From: Haliotis cracherodii
Taxonomy: Eukaryota
Length of the DNA stretch: 64,000 nt
Assembly (NCBI RefSeq): GCF_022045235.1
Contig: NW_027266297.1
Span: 34,844,001 to 34,908,000, forward strand
Direction: 5' to 3'
Part shown: piece after piece, positions 28,391 to 64,000 of the stretch
Layout of the letters: each line of letters begins with the position of its first letter
Numbering within the stretch: position 1 is the first letter of the stretch
Position numbers and translations under genes: made by a program
The notes under the pieces: model-generated
Told to the model about the DNA's origin: nothing
What the model saw: the letters and a program-made list of their open reading frames with translations, nothing else
Databases searched by the model: none

Positions 28391-30992
28391 TTATTATAAT
28401 GGAACACAGTTAGACCAGGATGGAAACATGCTGCTTTTACAAAGACCCATAAAGACCATCATGACACATTTCCAGAGCTGTTACTCTTAAAATGACAAAC
28501 ATTTGGGTCGGGTAAAAATGTTGGTTCTCAATATCAACTAACCCTAAAGAACAGAAGTAGCAGGATGTTTTTGTGTAATTGTATTATCGACTTGAAACAA
28601 CCTGAACTGATCTTCAATAATAATCAAACTCTGTCCTAGATGTTTCCCTGTCTACAATGCATGGCGTCCTTATCTTCACAGTGCCAGCAATAGGTTGTTC
28701 CCAAACACCTCGCTGGGATGACATGTTGTCATTCTGAGGAGCAATTACTCAGTCAGTGAGATCATGGTGTTATGGATGGTGATGGGACATCTTGTTTTTC
28801 TTATCATTATTGCAGGGGAGGAACAACATTGTTTGCATTCATGACGTTATTCTCAAAAGCAGTGAGAGGGAAAGAAGCTATTGCTTTACAATTGCTAACC
28901 AGGTTGCCAGTTGTGCTGTTGGCTGTATAATTATGTATTATTAAACTCAATATTTGATAATGATCTTTATCATGAAAAAGTCTTAACAAATGAAAGAGGT
29001 TGGTCACAGTGTAAAAAAAACATTTTTGAAAGAGTAAATGAATATTTATTTCACTGCTAATGTTATTTTATCTAAATTTTGGTTGTATGTGGTAAAAATG
29101 GTGCTATGCATTATATATGTCCATAATGAATTAATCATCAATTTTTTTAATATTTTTTTAAATTATCACTTACAATCGTTGTGTGGTGAAGGCACCTCGT
29201 GAACTCTTGAAGGGATTTTAAGAGATAATTTCAGGAAAATAGAAAAAGATGACATAGCCTCCTGAATATGTATTCTACACCGTGGGGTTATTCATACCTT
29301 GATCAAAATGGGCAATAAAATGGAACTTAGGTGGGGAATTTGAAGTCAGTGAAGCAGTCATGGAAATCTAATGATTAGTTTTGGCCTAGGTTCCATGCAT
29401 TAAAACCAGGTGATACACAATTCCAAAGATAACTGGACGTACTGGAGTAGAATTCATTTTATGCCTGAAGGTAAAATTTTCAATCAGGATGTTATATTAT
29501 ATTTATTTCAGGCTAATTAAGTTTGTGCCAGTCAAGGTGAAAATCAATACATGGCAATTAGTTGTGAGTCCAAGAGATTCCAGGTTTGACAGCCATCCAT
29601 TTTGGAATTGCTGGTTCTGACAATATTCTAAGTGTACAAGACTTTATCCTTGTAGTATTGCTGTCTTGTGTTGATGCCAGCCATATGTTTTACCCATGGC
29701 CCTAATCCAGCGTTCAGGTTTGGGGCTGTTTTCAGTTTATTTTCCTATCTCCATTTCCCATACAGTTTGCTGGCTTCTTCAGAGGTCTACCAGGCTCTTC
29801 TCTCTCTGTTTATTTGTGTTTTGGATATAAAAGGAAAAAATAAACTTATTTTGAACTCCAGGCAAACTATGCATTGAACTTCAATGGTATGGTTCTTGGA
29901 CTATCCTTGTCTTTAGATAACATCCTGAATCTTTGTTACCCATCATGCTTTGTAAAGCGATGGTATCAAAGACAGTTTCCAGCAAATAATGACTTGAAGT
30001 AAATGATTCATGGAGGATTCCATTGCTGCCACGTGCCTTTCTTTCGTGCCAAGGATGCAGTTGATTTCAAAGGTATTATTTACATAAAACGTAATATTTC
30101 ATTAAGTATTGACTGTTTAAAGTGTGAACCTTTTTCAATAAGACATTTAGTAGAGACAACATAGAATAGGTGGGCAGTAGAGCATTGTCAGATACAGTGC
30201 TAAGGTTTCTATAGTGATGATCCTAACATTGTCATATTATCTGTCGAGAAGTTGACATGATTCGTCAGGCATGAGCACTTATTGAAAACAACTGATTGTT
30301 TCAAAGAATGGCATACACTTTTGGGAATGAAACATAGCCATTCTTCATAAGCCTGAACACTAACTATTGTGCTACCCCATATCTTTGAGTTCAGTGTCAT
30401 GCTAATAACAGTGTCACAACTGGGTAAAAGAGAAGTAGGATTCAAGTCTCCATGGTTAATATTCTTGAAATTCAATCTGATTTTCTCATGTTTTAAAACC
30501 TCATTTCCATATTGCCAGCTACATAGGAAGGTAGTTGTATCTAGAGTTGCAGGTTCAGAAAGACAAGCAAGGACAAATGTGTCCTAATTATCACTTTGAA
30601 ATGTGATGATCAGCGACTGAAATGTGTTTGGTTGTAAAAGATTGCGTTTAATCAGCCCAGCACATGTTCAATGCGGCCATTAGAGGGCCAGTATTGCTGA
30701 TAGACAACTGCTGTGTGAGGAAACTGCTGATTTGTTTTGACTTGTGTTGCTTGTAACAGATTCACCAGGGAAAGCCATGATACTTAAAGCGCATTTCACT
30801 GATAAATACAGCAGTTTTCTGTTGATACCTATTAACACCTAGTTTGGTGAAACCTAACTCGTTGATAAGATGGGTAGAATGTACATATTTTGGGATTAAA
30901 AACAAGCATTCTGAAATGGTACTGTACCAAACAAAAGCCAGTTTCACATTATAATGTAGTGTGAATAATGCTGAAGTTACACTTACTTTTTG

Positions 30993-31238
30993 GACCCGTG
31001 AAGATCTGGGGTAGAATAGGTCTTCAGCAACCCATGCTTGTCGTAAAAGGTGACTATGCTTGTTGTAAGAGGCTACTAACAAGCATGGGTGGTCAGGCTC
31101 GCTGACTTAGTTGATGCATGTCATTGTATCCCAATTGCCTGGATCGATGCTCATGATGTCAATCACTGGATTGTCTGGTCCAGACTGCCGTCAAAGCTGG
31201 AATATTCCTGAGCGCGGTGTTAAACAACAAACAAACAA
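30993..31238 (+). mobile_element. SINE family B
   Basis: Starts gacccgtgaagatc; (AAAC)n tail; acttt(t/g)tg flanks. Confidence 0.88.
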
Positions 31239-31707
31239 AACTTTGTGTTTGTTGTCTTGGTTTTGAATGCCAAGTTTTCATGATGAAATCTTCACTGAGT
31301 TACCTGCTGATAGCTAAATGGGAAAGATGTGCATTTTTTAATGGTAATAAATGGTTCAGTTAAAGTTGATGGAAGTAACGCTTCAAGATTTTGTTTATAG
31401 ATATGGAACATTTCTGTAGTTGCCTTTTTGTCTTGTTGGCAGGTGTAGTTCCGCGAGATGTGGAATATGTTTAGCATGTTATAGACCTTTGATGTGAAAA
31501 ATGATGTTATAAAGAACTCGTATATCACAGATAAGTTGAGGTTCAGATTTCGGTACTGACCTTCAATATGTCAGCTTCCTGCTGTGTGTATGATATCAGT
31601 CATGAGAGATGCAGTGCCTCAGACCATCCTAATCTTACTCGGCAGCATCAACACTTCTCTACCCTCTCTCGCAAGAAGAAAATGAGTGGCTACATCGTGA
31701 CCTAGCT

Positions 31708-31800
31708 GGCAATCTTAGCGCTACGACTATCATAAGTCTGTGTTCAAGTATGGGAGTTACTATCATCTTAGCGCTGAGATAGATCACTTTGCGGAATGGC
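31708..31800. mobile_element. MITE family E, degraded
   Basis: atcttagcgctacgact...gtatgggagtta internal motifs. Confidence 0.7.
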
Positions 31801-31970
31801 TGATTGGGCGTCATAGGAGGTGGTTTGATTCTTGCCTATGCATCCTGTGGTTTGTGATGTAATCTTACTGGCTGATGTTAACGAATGCCTGCTAAGCTGG
31901 ACCTGGCTGTGTCATGGAGTTTGTACCCAGTGGTGGAGCTGAACGAGTACACGATACACCAATTGTTTTC

Positions 31971-32075
31971 AAGGTGGGAACACCAAGAAAGGGCATCAAA
32001 GTGTTCCATGTGGGATTTGAACCAGGTCTTCATCATGATGAGCAAACACTTTGACCACTTGGCTAACCCACCTCT
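31971..32075 (-). mobile_element. Degraded SINE family A, antisense
   Basis: Reverse complement reads gggttagccaagtggtcaaagtgtttgctcatcatgatgaagacctggttcaaatccc. Confidence 0.7.
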
Positions 32076-33295
32076 CATTGACACAGACCTGATGCTGAGA
32101 TAATTGACTTGAACTCTTTCCAATCTCTAAGTCACTCCCATCGCAAATGTTCCTATTTTTGATGGGGTGTCTGGTATTCAAATAGCCTGGAAAGGCTATC
32201 TTTTGTCAGATAGGGCCATTTCCTCTGTACCAGACTTGGTCCAACATGCCCGGTAGGCGGAAATCTGTTGGCCAGCCACTGACCACTGAGATAAGTCAGT
32301 GACCACTCGGACATGTGTGTAAATGTTTTCCCATCAAGATGCAGGAAGTGTGGTATGTGCCTGTCTGTGTGGTTGGTGCACGGATGTGATTCTCCCCAGT
32401 CCCCTGATTCTCACCAATCTTCAACACAGCAGCCATTTACCTCGCAGGTATGGGTCTGCATGTTGCAGGCTATTTCTGGTCAAGGATTTGTGGTCCAGCA
32501 CATGCTAGTTTGTTGCACATAAACCAATACTATACACAAGAGATTAAAAGTTACGCAAAGTGAATATTAGGCAATTAAAACACAGAACAAGAGTTGTAGT
32601 GAGTTCATTGTTAGAAATTGATAGTTCTTGAGGTTTGCTGTTATCTCAGGATGCACTTATCTATCACACTTTCCTATCGGCAACATTAGCATCTAGTCTG
32701 AAGCTAGAGTCAGGTAGAATTACCTATGTCCCAGCCTAGTAAAGTCTCCAGAAAAAGATGCAGGACATGGATTGAGTTGACGCCATGGTTTGAAATTCTA
32801 TAAAACACACAAAGAAGTGGTATGGCGTGGTCTGTGTCGCGGGATGTGTTTTGATTTATGAGTCTTGTGGCCGTGGTAAGGCGTGGTCTGTGTCAGAAGG
32901 TGTTTGGATTGATCCAGCTTGTGGCAGTGGTAAGGTGTGTCGGGATGTGTCTCCGAGTAGAGTATTGATGAGTCTTGTGGCAGTGGGTGGCTGATCGGCA
33001 GAGATAACCCGTCATTACATTATGTATTCCCAGCGATGAGAGGACTTAGTGTAATAGGCTGTAATTATATGGAAACCCAACAGTAAGTGCTGTTATCTTT
33101 CCCAGCCTAGACAGATGATTATGTTCAGGATTTGCTTAACATGCAGTCTGTCGCATATCTTGTAAACAAGGAATATCGCCTGCTGATCGCACACTGAATG
33201 CATCAGGACAATCTCCTACTGTGTAGATAAGATACATCTCCAAACTTCAGGCTCAAACCCTCTCTCAAGTAATGCATTCTCCTCTTCTGTTGAAT

Positions 33296-33638
33296 ACCGC
33301 CTCCGTGGTGTAGTGGTAGAGCATCCGCCTAGAGAGCGGAAGGTCCGGGGTTCGATCCCAGGCCACGTCATACCTAGAGACGTTAAAAGTACTTGTTGTT
33401 ACACTGTCTGGTGCTCGGCATTAAGGGGCCAAAACAAAGACTGGTTGGCTCGGAGTCAGTATACTGTGTCTGAGTGGGATATTCATGTTAAACTGCGGCA
33501 TTGTATCTCAGTGAGCTAGCACTATAAATCGGCATCAGTCCGGACTAGTACAAGCAGCCACACATACACACATGCATGTGCGTCGCTCTATAACTGCAAT
33601 AATCATGGGCGCGATGTTAAACCCAATTTCACCTCACC
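33296..33638 (+). mobile_element. tRNA-derived SINE, family D (degraded second copy at ~55420-55690)
   Basis: tggtgtagtgg A box, ggttcgatccc B box; body agactggttggctcgga...gtgagctagcactataaa resembles molluscan SINEs; cttctgtt(g/t)aat flanks. Confidence 0.85.
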
Positions 33639-35036
33639 GCTTCTGTTTAATCAAGTTGTGTTAAATTATTTCCAAACAGTATGATAGTATTTGATTGGTT
33701 TAGACAACAAATAACGTGAAAAGACCTTGAATTACACCCTTACTACTCATCAATTCTTTTGACTATTATAAGACCTTTTTCAGTATTACTTCACTGACCA
33801 CAATAAGCTGTTCTACAGTCAGTAGAACAAGATTAGTACAAATATATGAATTTGAATTTCCCTCGAACATCAACTTAGGAAAATTCTTCATTATCTGTCG
33901 ACTGAACATTTCCATTGTGTGAAGAAATTGCTTGTAATCTCTCCTTGTTGAGTTCAAATGTACTCCAGAACAGCATGGGCATGCGCTGTATACTGAAATT
34001 TAAAAACATCCAGTTTTAATTATATAACTGGCAATCTACTGCAAATAACACTGGGACAGGCTCACAGGTCTGTGTGCAACCCTTGCAGTGAACTATGTGT
34101 GTGGCATCAGGCTGCATCGTGGGGAAACACAATCCGAAGACACAATCCAGTATAAGGACATATTCAAGGATACTATGAATTAGGAAGTTTACAGGATTAA
34201 TTTGTGAATGCCGCCACATGATTAATTAGCAGACATTGCCGAAGGGTTCCATAACCGATGCCATTTGTGTTCTGAGGATCTCATTTTTCTAAGCAGTTGT
34301 ATCTCCATTCATCAGGGTAATCTATAGTTGAATGTTGGGCAATTGTTTGGTTGAGTTTTGAAATTAGAATTCTGATTTATTTCAACAAAAGTTCCATAAG
34401 ATCGATTTTTTTTATGTTTATGCAAATGTCATTTTGTTGCTTTGTTTGATTTGAATAGGCTAATAAGTGGGTAAAATGTAAGATGTCACAACATTTGTGT
34501 TTAATTTTTCTTCACTGTGTTTATTTGTACTGATTTTTTTTTTTTCTAGATGTTCCACATCTGTGTGTGTGTTGTCCAACACAGTTGTTTTTTGCCTCAG
34601 ATGTTTGTTGATGTTTAATTATAAACATTATGTCCTAGTTTTACAGATTAAAACACTAATCAGTCCTGATTTTTAAATATAATTTCTATTGGTTCTAATT
34701 TATTTGTGTTTAAAGTGAACATATTATTGTGAGTTATAGTGTTAGGCCAGTTGTTTTCAAGTTATATAGTATTTTGTTCTGATTTTACAAAGAGTTATGT
34801 GTATTTTTGGTTATAAAATACCCTTAGGTTTGAGGTGTTGACAAGTTATTAAAGTATGTGAATGTGAAGGAAAGCTAGATACATCGTACAGCATGTTGTA
34901 TATCTATATATTCACATATGCATCTGTTGTCTTGCATTGAGGTGTCTGCAACATTGTTCAAGATAACATATTGCATATGGATGCTATATAAGATGAAGGG
35001 GAATATGTACTTATTGTTTACTTCTTGTGTCTTCAG

Positions 35037-63728
<28,692 letters not shown>

Positions 63729-64000
63729 GTATGTAACTGTTGTCCTCTGTGTTGAAAATACTTTTTTTTCTTGAGAAAGAGCTAAAAGATAGATATATGT
63801 CATTCCTTCTTTAGCCGCGAATAGCTGGAATATTGCTGATGCGGCTTAAAGCAACATTTACTCACTCACTCATTCCTTCTTATCAGCAGAAAGATTTTAT
63901 TCAGATAGATTTTATATTATTTTTTTTTAATTTCCTGTGTTCGGAAGAAAGACTTGCCTCCCAAGTTTAAAGTATGGGATGATTTAGGTGGGTATAAACT

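Noticed and set aside
33296-33370. tRNA-like sequence (also heads at 3689, 12281, 55113)
   Set aside because: Continue into SINE bodies with tails and TSDs; no proper acceptor stem or terminator
873-34219. Short ORFs in the first 35 kb as a nested gene
   Set aside because: No recognisable domains or consistent splice chain; many overlap SINEs
34529-34615. Strong orphan acceptor (actgat, U tract, ctag) upstream of the FN2 exon
   Set aside because: No good frame-preserving donor; surrounding DNA is generally T-rich

Overview
Eukaryotic (invertebrate) genomic DNA. The repeat families with (ACTC)n/(AAAC)n tails look molluscan, possibly abalone; that is an inference. The window holds the middle and 3' part of one + strand gene, a LAR-family (type IIa; Lar/PTPRF/PTPRD/PTPRS-like) receptor tyrosine phosphatase. 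I reconstructed 23 phase-consistent GT-AG exons from 35037 to 63728. They encode FN3 repeats 2-9 (numbered by homology), the membrane-proximal region, the TM helix, the catalytic D1 domain and the first half of D2. The Ig/FN1 exons and the C-terminus lie outside the window. Bases 1-35036 look like one very long intron holding SINEs (four families), MITEs, a LINE fragment and minisatellites. The best hunt result is the SINE-free intron between FN2 and FN3 (35984-40060). It holds two frame-preserving microexon candidates (15 and 12 nt), a candidate terminal exon for a secreted ectodomain, a ~21-bp long-range RNA stem enclosing a further acceptor, and at least 8 TGCATG (Rbfox) motifs. Other points are a SINE 3'-transduction (or conversion) between neighbouring copies, near-total sense orientation of SINEs, tandem in-frame juxtamembrane acceptors and a MITE-derived minisatellite. 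All splicing hypotheses come from sequence only and need RNA evidence. Repeat boundaries are approximate unless TSDs are given.
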